Part shown: positions 46,224-55,658 of the stretch, piece after piece
Layout of the letters: each line of letters starts with the position of its first letter
Numbering within the stretch: position 1 is the stretch's first letter
Origin: an uncultured Chitinophagaceae bacterium
GTDB taxonomy: Bacteria > Bacteroidota > Bacteroidia > Cytophagales > Cytophagaceae
NCBI GenBank assembly: GCA_964454665.1
Contig: CAYVTO010000004.1
Location: 144,229 to 208,228, forward strand
Direction of reading: 5' to 3'
Length of the DNA: 64,000 bases
Notes under the pieces: model-generated
Database searches by the model: none
What the model saw: the letters and a program-made list of their open reading frames with translations, nothing else
Told to the model about the DNA's origin: nothing
Made by a program: the position numbers and the translations under genes

Positions 46224-47132
46224 ATGACATTCAATCCGCCCACCATCAGTATTTGTATTCCAGTAAAAGACTTTGACGTAAAGCCTTTGGTCGAGGCTTT
46301 GCAAGCAGAAATACAAGAATATGATTTACAGGCCGAAATATTAATTGTAGAAGATGGTTCTTCAGACTTATGGATCCAAAAAAATCAAGCCCTCCGACAA
46401 GAAAAAGGGATTAGACTCTTCATTTTTACAAAAAATAAAGGACGTGCTGCTGCAAGAAATTATTTAGCCCAGCAAGCCTTGGGCACATATTTGTTATTCA
46501 TCGATGCCGACTCCATACCTGTTAATCCCAGATTCATTAGCCTTTACATCGAACACATTCAATCAAAAACCATCTTATGTGGAGGCAGACACTATAGTCC
46601 CATATACAAAACAAAAAAAACAAACTTGCATTGGAAATACGGAATGAAAAGAGAAGTTTATGCGACGCTGGATAAAGAAAACCAATGTTTCTATTCCAAT
46701 AATTTCTTGATTGAAAAATCTGTATTTGCAAAAATTCAATTCGATGAGTCAATCACTCAGTATGGACACGAGGACACTCTTTTTGGTTATACTGCAAAAT
46801 CAATAGACCTGAACATATATCCCATTAAAAACCCTGTCATCCATACCAGCCTGGAAACCAACGAACGATTCCTTGACAAAATTGATGAAAGTGTTTTATC
46901 CCTCGTTCACATTATAGAACACCAAGCAGAGCATCCCCAACGATTACAAAAGGAATTTAAACTTTGGGAAACACATGAAAAACTGAAAGTATATCGGCTA
47001 GCCTGGATTCTTGACCTCTTGGTTGTTTTTTTAAAACCGATGCGTTATATCTTACTTCGTTGTTCTGGTCCACTGGTCTTATTAGACATCTATAAACTGG
47101 TATTATTTGCAAAAATCTTACAAAAGATATAA
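46224..47132 (+). CDS. family 2 glycosyltransferase
   Basis: ISICIPVKD..., ILIVEDGSSD, KNKGRAAARN and LFIDADS (DxD) are typical of GT2. Confidence 0.8.
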   Translation: MTFNPPTISICIPVKDFDVKPLVEALQAEIQEYDLQAEILIVEDGSSDLWIQKNQALRQEKGIRLFIFTKNKGRAAARNYLAQQALGTYLLFIDADSIPVNPRFISLYIEHIQSKTILCGGRHYSPIYKTKKTNLHWKYGMKREVYATLDKENQCFYSNNFLIEKSVFAKIQFDESITQYGHEDTLFGYTAKSIDLNIYPIKNPVIHTSLETNERFLDKIDESVLSLVHIIEHQAEHPQRLQKEFKLWETHEKLKVYRLAWILDLLVVFLKPMRYILLRCSGPLVLLDIYKLVLFAKILQKI

Positions 47133-47174
47133 TATAGTTCCTGTAAGATTTTTCATTTTTTCACTTCATACTTT

Positions 47175-47756
47175 ATGTCATTTTTTAAACGCAAAAGTAT
47201 TCGTCTAAAAGAATACGATTATTCCACTGAAGGACTTTACTTTATTACGCTAGTCTGTCAAGACCGTCTAAATCTATTTGGAAAAATAAGCGATGGAATC
47301 ATGAATCTTAATCCATACGGCAAAATCGCAGCTAAAAAATGGCTAGAAACACCTCTACTGAGACCCAATATATCGTTGGGAGCATACGTCATCATGCCTA
47401 ATCACATGCACGGCATCATCTCTATCGATCAGTCCGTAAGGGCGAATTGCATTCGCCCTTACAAGGATAAACCTTACGCTACAGGAAATAATAACCCTGA
47501 AGTGGGCGAATGCAATTCGCCCCAACCACGACTTATCAGTCCTTCTCAAACCATAGGAGCAATCATACGAGGATACAAAGGAGCAGTAACGAAAGAAATC
47601 AACTTCTTGAAACAAATAGCCGAGCAAGATCACCCAATTAAGGTATGGCAACGTAATTACTACGAACACATCATCAGAACTACTGAAGCACACGAGAACA
47701 TACATCGCTACATCCTCAATAACCCTTTCAATTGGAAAGAAAATACGCTGAGGTAG
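47175..47756 (+). CDS. REP-associated tyrosine transposase (RAYT; IS200/IS605-like Y1 HUH enzyme)
   Basis: YDYSTEGLYFITLVCQDR N-terminus, HUH motif IMPNHMHGIISI, catalytic Tyr motif WQRNYYEHIIRTTEAHENIHRYILNNP. REP palindromes lie inside the gene and beside it. Confidence 0.85.
   Translation: MSFFKRKSIRLKEYDYSTEGLYFITLVCQDRLNLFGKISDGIMNLNPYGKIAAKKWLETPLLRPNISLGAYVIMPNHMHGIISIDQSVRANCIRPYKDKPYATGNNNPEVGECNSPQPRLISPSQTIGAIIRGYKGAVTKEINFLKQIAEQDHPIKVWQRNYYEHIIRTTEAHENIHRYILNNPFNWKENTLR
47436..47462. repeat. REP palindrome, orientation A, inside the RAYT CDS
   Basis: GTAAGGGCGAAT-TGC-ATTCGCCCTTAC, a perfect 12-bp stem, read in-frame as VRANCIRPY. Confidence 0.9.
47504..47522. repeat. REP palindrome, orientation B, inside the RAYT CDS
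   Basis: GGGCGAAT-GCA-ATTCGCCC, the reverse complement of the core of copy A, read in-frame as GECNSP. Confidence 0.9.
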
Positions 47757-47764
47757 GTAGGGTA

Positions 47765-47785
47765 AGGGCGAATTGCATTCGCCCT
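47765..47785. repeat. REP palindrome, orientation A, downstream of RAYT
   Basis: AGGGCGAAT-TGC-ATTCGCCCT, starting 9 nt after the stop codon (the gtaaggg... copy begins 47762, 6 nt after it). Confidence 0.9.
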
Positions 47786-47829
47786 ATCAAAGATCATATC
47801 AACGATGAAGAAAATAATAACTCTAGAGA

Positions 47830-47848
47830 GGGCGAATGCAATTCGCCC
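47830..47848. repeat. REP palindrome, orientation B, downstream of RAYT
   Basis: GGGCGAAT-GCA-ATTCGCCC. It lies 64 nt centre-to-centre from the previous copy, the same spacing as the intragenic pair. Confidence 0.9.
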
Positions 47849-47936
47849 CAACCCCCAACGACGGTAATAAAAAAGCGAATGGAAGTCGGTACAGAAAACC
47901 AGTGAAAATCGCTACTGAAAAAGAGAACGAACGCAC

Positions 47937-49334
47937 CTAATACTTATCCAGTCCTGTCACAAATAACTTGATTTTACCTTTCGCATTGACCAACGCGATT
48001 AATCCTTCTTTTGTCAAGACGATATCAGCAGGTTTTAATTCTTCCAATGTTCCTTCGGCTATAAAATTTTGATGCAGCTGTTTGTGCTTCAAATTGTCTT
48101 TTACCTGTACCGCTGCTTTGTCGAGGTAATCTCCTATATAATAGGAAAAATAAGGAGCCATTTTTTTCACCATCACATCATGTACGAGCCAACTTGCCGA
48201 TTTGTGCAATTTATTTTTGGTGTCCAAATCGAAATCCAATTTCGAAAACACAACCTTTCGTGAAATAGAATCATAGACAGGATAGCCTTTCAAATATACT
48301 TTACCATTGATACTCCCCGAGAGTAATACCTCTGCTACCATTTGTTCTTCCTTAGCATAGAAGTTCAATGCATCGATGGTGATTTTTTTCTTCCCCTCAC
48401 TAAAAGAATACACCTGGCCAACCAAATACTTCGATGCCATCTCGTTAATTTGTTCGTAATCGATGTTAATCGCCAACTGTAAATGATAGACCCCATCGGA
48501 AGAAGAAAGTGTTTTATAATTCGGTAAATTGGTTTTAGAAACAACAGGTTTTTTACCGACAACCGTTTCTGTAACGGCTTTTAAACCTACTGTTAAATAA
48601 AGTTGTTTACTGTCGGATGAGAGAGGAGAAAGAAATAAATCTTTAGGTTTTATACTCAACCATGTTGGAGGATCCGTAGATAAACTCACAGGATCATGCA
48701 TGTAATTCCATGCGGATTCAATGTATGTACGCGTATCGACATTTTTCCTCACCTGTTCATCAATAATACCCGCAAGTACTTCTTGTTGCGACTTGATCAG
48801 TTTGTCAGCAACAAGTTTAAAAGGGATATTAAGCAATGCTACTGAAAATTTAGGCTGCTCAAGCCATTCATAATTCACAAATCGAGTCTTCGTCTTGATA
48901 TTCCAAAAAGGATCCAAGTCTACTTTTGTACGAAAAGTCAATGCCAAAGCACCGTTTACCTCTTCAAAATCACCCCAGGAAATCCCCAAGGTATTGACAT
49001 TCATGCCTCCCTTCAACCACACGTTCAAAGGAACTCTAAATTGGATTTCATTGCCAGCAACGGATAAAGTAATAGGGCTGTGTTTGCTGACCTTCACGAC
49101 AAAATTATCGTCTTCCATATTCTTGTCTTCATACAAAACACCTTCGGTATGTTTATTGACCAAAACCTGCATTTCTTGCATTGAAAACTGAAGAGGAATA
49201 GAAAAAGAAGACTCCTGAGGCGAAAAGTGAACTTGTTCATACTTCTCCTCAGGAGCCACCGTTTGTATAGCCGTACGACACGATGCCAAAGCAAGCAAAA
49301 TGAAGACGACATACAAACTCGATAAAAGTCTCAT
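47937..49334 (-). CDS. lipoprotein, possibly DUF4403 family
   Basis: Lipobox LLALASC, 465 aa, no catalytic motifs. The family assignment is from memory only. Confidence 0.5.
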   Translation of the reverse strand: MRLLSSLYVVFILLALASCRTAIQTVAPEEKYEQVHFSPQESSFSIPLQFSMQEMQVLVNKHTEGVLYEDKNMEDDNFVVKVSKHSPITLSVAGNEIQFRVPLNVWLKGGMNVNTLGISWGDFEEVNGALALTFRTKVDLDPFWNIKTKTRFVNYEWLEQPKFSVALLNIPFKLVADKLIKSQQEVLAGIIDEQVRKNVDTRTYIESAWNYMHDPVSLSTDPPTWLSIKPKDLFLSPLSSDSKQLYLTVGLKAVTETVVGKKPVVSKTNLPNYKTLSSSDGVYHLQLAINIDYEQINEMASKYLVGQVYSFSEGKKKITIDALNFYAKEEQMVAEVLLSGSINGKVYLKGYPVYDSISRKVVFSKLDFDLDTKNKLHKSASWLVHDVMVKKMAPYFSYYIGDYLDKAAVQVKDNLKHKQLHQNFIAEGTLEELKPADIVLTKEGLIALVNAKGKIKLFVTGLDKY

Positions 49335-49335
49335 A

Positions 49336-50265
49336 TTATGTTAAAGCGATTTCAAATTGAACCAACTCTACAAAGTCTTGTAAACGTTCATTAACTTCTG
49401 TATCCGTAAGATTAATCAAACGCTCTGTGCCAAATTTTTCCACACAATACGAAGCCATCGCTGAACCATGAATAATAGCCCTTTTCATGTTGTCAAAAGA
49501 AATATCATTGGTCTTTGCAAGGTAGCCAATAAAACCTCCGGCAAACGTATCTCCCGCTCCTGTTGGATCAAATACGTCTTCCAAAGGTAAAGCCGGTGCA
49601 AAAAAGACTTGTTTCTTATTAAACAACAAAGCTCCATGTTCTCCTTTTTTAACGATCAGGTATTTAGGCCCCATGTCCAAAATTTTCTTCGCCGCTTTTA
49701 CCAAGGAGTATTCTCCCGACAATTGACGGGCTTCTTCATCATTGATCGACAATACATCGACCATCGCAATGGTTTTCTTCAAATCCTCTAAGGCTATTTC
49801 CATCCAAAAATTCATAGTATCCATAACAATCAATTTTGGACGCTTTTTCAATCGTTGAATAACACTGGCTTGCACCTGTGGTGACAAATTTCCCAACATC
49901 AAATATTCTGCTCCTTGGTATTCTTCCGGTATAATGGGGTCAAAATCACCTAAAACATTCAATTCCGTAACCAAAGTATCACGGGTATTCATATCGTTGT
50001 GGTACTTACCAGACCAAAAAAATGTTTTTTGATCCTTTTTGATTTGTAAACCTGCCGTATCTACTCCATAACTGACCAATAAATCGATATCTTTTTGTGG
50101 AAAATCTCCGCCAACCACAGCGACTAAATTAATGTTCTTTTTAAAAAAAGAAGCTGACAAGCTAATGTATGTTGCTGCTCCACCAACAATTTTGTCGGTC
50201 TTCCCAAAAGGTGTTTCTATAGCATCAAAAGCAACTGAACCTACAACTAATAAACTCATACTCAA
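49336..50265 (-). CDS. PfkB-family carbohydrate/nucleoside kinase
   Basis: N-terminal VVGSVAFD...GGAATY and C-terminal DPTGAGDTFAGGFIGYL, the ribokinase-family ATP/anion-hole motif. Confidence 0.85.
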   Translation of the reverse strand: MSMSLLVVGSVAFDAIETPFGKTDKIVGGAATYISLSASFFKKNINLVAVVGGDFPQKDIDLLVSYGVDTAGLQIKKDQKTFFWSGKYHNDMNTRDTLVTELNVLGDFDPIIPEEYQGAEYLMLGNLSPQVQASVIQRLKKRPKLIVMDTMNFWMEIALEDLKKTIAMVDVLSINDEEARQLSGEYSLVKAAKKILDMGPKYLIVKKGEHGALLFNKKQVFFAPALPLEDVFDPTGAGDTFAGGFIGYLAKTNDISFDNMKRAIIHGSAMASYCVEKFGTERLINLTDTEVNERLQDFVELVQFEIALT

Positions 50266-50333
50266 TAGTTATTTATTTAAACTGTTTGTTATATTTAGAG
50301 TCAAAAATACAGATTATTGACTTGAAGCCTCAT

Positions 50334-51311
50334 ATGTTAAAGAAGATTTATTTTTTGAAGCCTTTACAATTACTGTACAGCAATATACTCATCCTCATAA
50401 TACTTGCCCTATTTTCTTCCCATCAGACTAGCGCTCAAGGATGTAGTGATGCCGGCTTTTGTACCATGGGAGCCATGCGCCCCAATCAGCATTATAACTC
50501 AAAAACCAATTTAAAACTGCGTAGCATAGAGTTGTCTCAATACATAGGCTACACCAAATTCGGAGACCTCATACTCAATTATACCGTAGACGCCAACGTC
50601 TCCGTCGGGAACAAAAATACGATCCAAATCAAATTACCCTACCAAATGGTATACAGTAGTTTAGCCAATACACACGGCACAGGCGATATTTCTTTGAGCT
50701 TTACCAGAAACCTGATTGCCAAACAAAACTACCAAATCAACGCTTCTGTAGGAACAAAAATACCCACTATGACCCCCAATTTAAAAGCCGATGACGGGCG
50801 ACCTTTACCCATGTATTACCAAACCAGCTTGGGAACCTACGATCTCATTGCAGGAATATCTTTCATGACCAGAAACTGGCTTATTGCTACAGGATACCAA
50901 CAAGCCTTAAACTCCATCAATAACGAATTTACCTGGGCGGCATGGAATACTTCCGATAAAAAAGTAGAAGCCAATGCCTATCCTGTATCCAAAGATTTGC
51001 TCAGAGGAAAAGACATCATGTTCAGGGTAGAACGCAACTTTCGCTCTTCTAAGTTTAATGCCTACATTGGTCTACTTGGAATTTATCGCATCACAAGAGA
51101 TCAAGTCTTTTCGGCAGCCGATAAAAAAGTGATTTCCAAATCCGGTACCGATGGTTTAGTCTTAACGGGACTTATTGGTGCAGGCTATAACATCTCTACG
51201 AAAACAAGTATCAAAGCACTGTTGGGTCGCAGGATAACACAACGGGAAATAAATCCTGATGGATTAAGCAGAGAATGGGTCCAAACCATTGGTATAGAAT
51301 ACAAATTTTAA
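50334..51311 (+). CDS. outer-membrane beta-barrel protein (MetA-pathway/transporter-like)
   Basis: The ATG at 50334 gives MLKKIYFLKP...ALFSSHQTSAQ (signal peptide). The sequence has an alternating beta-strand pattern, a GTGDISL motif and a terminal aromatic residue (...IGIEYKF). The mature N-terminus is GCSDAGFCT. Confidence 0.6.
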   Translation: MLKKIYFLKPLQLLYSNILILIILALFSSHQTSAQGCSDAGFCTMGAMRPNQHYNSKTNLKLRSIELSQYIGYTKFGDLILNYTVDANVSVGNKNTIQIKLPYQMVYSSLANTHGTGDISLSFTRNLIAKQNYQINASVGTKIPTMTPNLKADDGRPLPMYYQTSLGTYDLIAGISFMTRNWLIATGYQQALNSINNEFTWAAWNTSDKKVEANAYPVSKDLLRGKDIMFRVERNFRSSKFNAYIGLLGIYRITRDQVFSAADKKVISKSGTDGLVLTGLIGAGYNISTKTSIKALLGRRITQREINPDGLSREWVQTIGIEYKF

Positions 51312-51325
51312 TCGACAACAAACAG

Positions 51326-54016
51326 ATGAGAATACCACTATACCTTAGTTTTTTTCTACTGACGCTATCGAGCTCTTTTGGACAAACCTTTGAACGTATT
51401 ATACGTCAAGCCGATTCTTTATTCTGGGCTGGAGAATATCAAAAAAGTCAAACGTTATACGCTCAAGCAACAACGTTGACTGAAGAAATTAACACCATCC
51501 CCTTTTACTTAAGCAAACAAAAAGAATCCGAATGCTTAGTCCGTGAAGGTTTTTTTGATCAGGCAGAGGAAAAACTAGAACAAGTACTTCGTACTTGTCC
51601 ATCCCATGCACTAAGCAGCAAAGCCGGACTTTTAAATGTACTGGGACTCTCTAAAATAGGTCAGGGAGAATACACTGAAGCAGAAGCAGCTTTAAACGAA
51701 GCCATACAAGTTACAAGTAACAATACAGCATCTCAAGATGCCTTAAGCGACAGTTACAATAATTTAAGCATCTTATTCTGGACAACAGGTCACAATGAAA
51801 AGGCATTGGGCTATGCACTCAATGCCTTAGAACTACGCCAGAAAATGCATACCGAAAAATCTCCTCTCGTTGCAGGATCATACATGAACCTTGGCCTATT
51901 GTACCAACACGAAAACCCAGAACAAGCCATTGTCTATTACGATAAAGCCATTGCTATCTATTCTTCGGCATTTCAGAGTCATCATCCACTCATCGCCAGT
52001 GCACTCATCAACAAAGGCATTGTTTATCAAAGTGAAAAAACATACAACTCTGCACTAGAACAGTTTGAAAAAGCATTACAGATCATTGAAACTTCTGTAG
52101 GGAAAAATCACATCAATTACGCCTTTACGCTCTCTCACATCGGCAAAGTGTATTTAGACAAAAAAAATCCTGCCGAAGCAGAACAATATGAAAAGCAAGC
52201 ACTCCAACTATTCATAGCCAACGTTGGAGACAAACATCCGGAAGTAGCCGAATGTTATAATGAATTAGCCGCCATAAAACGCTATCAAAAAGAATACAAA
52301 GAGGCCTTGAATTATTATCAAAAATCGTTGATCGCTAATTCTTTCACCTTTAACAACAAGGATATTTACTCCAATCCAAACAGCACTGATTTCATTCATG
52401 CTGATCTTATGCTGAATACTTTACTATTGAAAGCACAAGCCTTAGAAGAAAAGCATGTGAATAAAGATTTAAAAGTGAAAGACCTGAACTATGCCTTAAA
52501 AACCTTGCAATATGCAGATACCTTATCGGAAAACATACGTCACCGTAGAACCAATAAAAAGGACAAAGTAGAACTTGGTAAAATCACAAACGACATCTAC
52601 GAGCAAGCTGTTCATCTTTGTTTGATGTTATCTGAAATAACACTGAAGAAAAAACACTACCTAACACAAGCTTTTACTTTTTCAGAGAAGAACAAAGCCG
52701 CAGTACTTTTAGAAGCCATATCTGATGCCAATGCCAAATCATTTGCCGGACTTCCCGGCGAAGCCTTAAAAACAGAAAGTGAACTCAAAAGTAAAATCTC
52801 CTATTATGAATTGATGCTGAGCAAAGCAGAAAATGAAAACGATAAAAAACAATGGAGAGCTCATCTTTTAATTGAAAACAGAAATTATGAAAGCTTTATT
52901 AAAAACCTGGAAAATGATTTCCCTGCTTACTATAAATTAAAATACGCCAAAAACACGTTACAAGTCAAAGATGTACAATCAATACTTCCAGAAGAAACTT
53001 CCCTATTACATTACTTTATCTCTGATAAATATGCTGAAGTTACCATTTTTGCCATTGAGAAAAACAAGTTGAACGTTTACCGTAAACCCAAAATAGAATC
53101 GCTCGATAAAGACCTGATTGGATGGAGAAATACGATACGATACAAAATAGAAGACAAATACATTGAACTTGGCAACATCTTAAGCCAACAACTTCTTCCC
53201 AATACCTTTCCAAAGAAAAAACACGTGGTCATTATTCCTGATGGTCGTCTCAGTTCCACTCCTTTTGAAGCCATGTTCACAGGCACGGCCAAGCAAGGAC
53301 AAGAACTACCTCTTGTATTAAAGGCATCAGCCATTTCATACAATTATTCTACCTCGTTGTACCTCGAAAGCGTGAAAGAAAGTAAAACAAGTTGTGAAAA
53401 AGGAAACGTCTTATTATGTGCACCCATTACCTTTAAAGGGAAAATGGACGACTTACCAGGCACCGCACAAGAAGTAAAAGACTTGAGTCGTTATTTCTCT
53501 GACAAAGGATTTAATGTAACCTCTCAAGTTGGGAATAATGCCACAGAAGAAAATCTAAAAACAATAACAAATTCATCTTGGAGCTATATCCATTTTGCAA
53601 CCCACGGCTTAGTCAATGAAAATGATCCAGACTTGTCCAAGATCATTTTACATCCCAATCAAAAAGAAGACGGAGATCTGTTTTCTGGAGAAATCTACAA
53701 TTTAAACCTCAATTCCGAATTGATTACACTTTCTGCTTGTCAAACAGGTTTAGGTAAAGTAACCAAAGGGGAAGGCTTAATTGGATTGTCAAGAGCACTG
53801 TTATATGCAGGAGCCAATAACATCATTGTTTCTTTATGGAATGTATCCGATCAGGCTACACTTTCCCTGATGAATGAATTGTATGTCAATATCCTGCAAA
53901 ACACACAATGCATCAACTATGCAGAAGCCTTACAAAAAGCTAAATTGTCCTTGATCACAGATAAAAAATTACAAGACCCTTATTATTGGGCACCGTTTAT
54001 TTTAATCGGTCACTAA
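51326..54016 (+). CDS. signal-peptide TPR + CHAT (caspase-like) domain protein
   Basis: The ATG at 51326 gives MRIPLYLSFFLLTLSSSFGQ. The N-terminal ~400 aa are TPR repeats (SYNNLSILFWTTGHNEKALGYALNAL and others). The C-terminal CHAT domain has the His/Cys dyad context YIHFATHG and LITLSACQTG. Confidence 0.85.
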   Translation: MRIPLYLSFFLLTLSSSFGQTFERIIRQADSLFWAGEYQKSQTLYAQATTLTEEINTIPFYLSKQKESECLVREGFFDQAEEKLEQVLRTCPSHALSSKAGLLNVLGLSKIGQGEYTEAEAALNEAIQVTSNNTASQDALSDSYNNLSILFWTTGHNEKALGYALNALELRQKMHTEKSPLVAGSYMNLGLLYQHENPEQAIVYYDKAIAIYSSAFQSHHPLIASALINKGIVYQSEKTYNSALEQFEKALQIIETSVGKNHINYAFTLSHIGKVYLDKKNPAEAEQYEKQALQLFIANVGDKHPEVAECYNELAAIKRYQKEYKEALNYYQKSLIANSFTFNNKDIYSNPNSTDFIHADLMLNTLLLKAQALEEKHVNKDLKVKDLNYALKTLQYADTLSENIRHRRTNKKDKVELGKITNDIYEQAVHLCLMLSEITLKKKHYLTQAFTFSEKNKAAVLLEAISDANAKSFAGLPGEALKTESELKSKISYYELMLSKAENENDKKQWRAHLLIENRNYESFIKNLENDFPAYYKLKYAKNTLQVKDVQSILPEETSLLHYFISDKYAEVTIFAIEKNKLNVYRKPKIESLDKDLIGWRNTIRYKIEDKYIELGNILSQQLLPNTFPKKKHVVIIPDGRLSSTPFEAMFTGTAKQGQELPLVLKASAISYNYSTSLYLESVKESKTSCEKGNVLLCAPITFKGKMDDLPGTAQEVKDLSRYFSDKGFNVTSQVGNNATEENLKTITNSSWSYIHFATHGLVNENDPDLSKIILHPNQKEDGDLFSGEIYNLNLNSELITLSACQTGLGKVTKGEGLIGLSRALLYAGANNIIVSLWNVSDQATLSLMNELYVNILQNTQCINYAEALQKAKLSLITDKKLQDPYYWAPFILIGH

Positions 54017-54052
54017 ATAAAGAGTCCTGATTTAAATCAGGACTCTTTATTT
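54015..54052. terminator. bidirectional terminator palindrome
   Basis: Perfect 38-nt palindrome aaataaagagtcctgattt|aaatcaggactctttattt. It overlaps the stop codons of both convergent genes. Confidence 0.8.
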
Positions 54053-55223
54053 AGTCAATGATAGGCATGCGCTTAAACGGTTTACTCTGATCAAAAATAT
54101 AGCGATAGGTAATATGCGTTTTACGAATTTTTCCTCCTGCCGCCTCAGCTACACGCATCATCTTAGGATTAAAGTCACCGATCCAATTCATTTCAAACTC
54201 TGTATAACGCCCCATAGGTTGGATTTTCAATGCCGATGCCTTCACAATGGCTCCTTCCAAGCCACGTCCTTGAAACTCCGGAATCACACCAAAAGCTACA
54301 CCAAACATTTTTTTGCATGCTCCAGTCCACTTATTATATAAAAACTTAAGTTTCGCCATCACATCCCACGTTCCTTTCAGCTTACCATTTAAATTTTTAA
54401 ACAATTGATTCAATTCAGGGATCATAATAAAGAAAGCCACCGGTTCTTGATCATAATATGCAAACCAAATGATCTCTTCATCAAGTACCGGCTTCAATTG
54501 ATTCATGATGGACATGGCTTGGGCTTTTGGCATTTCTCTTACCCCGGAATGTTTAGCCCAGGCTTTATTATAAATGTACCTGAAATCTTCCGCAAACTTC
54601 TCCAATTGATTTTTCTTGATATGCTGAAAAGAATACAAAGGATCTCTTGCAATACGTTCAGCCTTCTGAGCATAAATCTCAGGGAGTTCCCCCTCTACTG
54701 TTCTCCAATACGTATATTGTTGAAAATATTCTTTAAAGCCATAGTTTTCAAACAAGGCTTTATAATACTTCATGTGATAAGGCATACAATAGTTGGGTTC
54801 ATAAAACCCATCGACCAACAATCCCCACCACTTATCGCGCTCTCCAAAATTGATCGGCCCGTCCATGGCTTCCATACCCTTAGACATCAACCAGGTTTTA
54901 GCCCTATTGAACAATGTATTCGCAACCTCCTGATCATTGATGCATTCAAAAAAACCCATACCTCCAGTAGTGTATTCAGACGTCTTCGCTGTTTTCTTAT
55001 TAATGAATGCTGCAACACGACCAATAGGTTCTTGTTGATCATTATATAGCACCCAACGTATACATTCTCCGTGACGAAAAAACTTATTGACCTGTTCGTT
55101 GAATACATCTTCGATATCACTATCCAAAGGCCGAATCCAGTGGGGTTCATTTTTATATAAGTGCACTGGAAATAATAAAAATGCTTTGATGTCTTTCGCT
55201 GACTTAACTTCTTTTAGTGTCAT
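54051..55223 (-). CDS. GNAT-like acyltransferase family protein (~390 aa Bacteroidota type)
   Basis: Start at MTLKEVKSAKDIKAFLLFPVHLYKNEPHWIRPL, the N-terminus typical of this family. The C-terminal FGVIPEFQGRGLEGAIV is a GNAT acetyl-CoA-binding-like motif. Confidence 0.6.
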   Translation of the reverse strand: MTLKEVKSAKDIKAFLLFPVHLYKNEPHWIRPLDSDIEDVFNEQVNKFFRHGECIRWVLYNDQQEPIGRVAAFINKKTAKTSEYTTGGMGFFECINDQEVANTLFNRAKTWLMSKGMEAMDGPINFGERDKWWGLLVDGFYEPNYCMPYHMKYYKALFENYGFKEYFQQYTYWRTVEGELPEIYAQKAERIARDPLYSFQHIKKNQLEKFAEDFRYIYNKAWAKHSGVREMPKAQAMSIMNQLKPVLDEEIIWFAYYDQEPVAFFIMIPELNQLFKNLNGKLKGTWDVMAKLKFLYNKWTGACKKMFGVAFGVIPEFQGRGLEGAIVKASALKIQPMGRYTEFEMNWIGDFNPKMMRVAEAAGGKIRKTHITYRYIFDQSKPFKRMPIID

Positions 55224-55365
55224 GATATAACCATTAAATACGTTCCTCATCCAACACCCTTCACCCCTACAAGAAACCTAAATTAAGGAAATTATCGCAG
55301 GGGGCAAAGTGCTTGTTACTCCATTGTTTTATTAAAAATATAAGTCTATATTTGTCTTGCATTTT

Positions 55366-55540
55366 GGTTTTCAAGTCTTCTTTCTTGGATTTGAAATTAA
55401 AAGGGAATCACGTGAGAATCGTGAACTGTTCCCGCAACTGTAAACTCTTCCAATGTACCGGAAAGTGCAATCTACACACCACTGAATTTATGATTTGGGA
55501 AGGTAGCACGAGAGTAAGTCAGGAGACCTGCCTCAATGTT
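55366..55540 (+). promoter_or_regulatory. cobalamin (B12) riboswitch
   Basis: Conserved blocks appear in the correct order: aaaagggaa, cgtgagaatcgtg, actgttcccgcaactgtaa, caccactg, gggaagg, and the B12 box agtcaggagacctgcc. It lies ~120 nt upstream of a TonB-dependent receptor gene. The boundaries are approximate. Confidence 0.85.
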
Positions 55541-55658
55541 CAACTTCAATGCTTCGGGAAGAAAGCCATTTGAAATAAAGAAAAGACACCTGTGTCTCCT
55601 ATTTGTTTTCAGATTTCTTGTCGGCATGAAACAATCCCCTCATAGAGGATTATAGTTT

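Noticed and set aside
36787-47936. Whether the block from the M43 protease through the helicase, GT2 and RAYT is an integrative mobile element or prophage.
   Set aside because: There is no integrase, recombinase, tRNA target, phage structural genes or conjugation genes. RAYTs are domesticated single-copy enzymes and not IS elements with terminal repeats. Only the protease gene shows a GC shift, so I report the parts separately and do not call an island.
54405-55049. 214-aa plus-strand ORF antisense to the GNAT-like gene.
   Set aside because: It is fully nested opposite a CDS with a recognisable family N-terminus and GNAT motif. The translation is featureless.
55313-55573. 86-aa ORF covering the btuB leader.
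   Set aside because: The region carries all conserved blocks of a cobalamin riboswitch. The ORF is a chance reading of structured RNA.
55579-55610. Possible terminator-type expression platform after the riboswitch (agacac-ct-gtgtct followed by cctatttgtttt).
   Set aside because: The stem is only 5-6 bp with an implausibly small loop and a weak T-tract. I cannot support it as a terminator from sequence alone.
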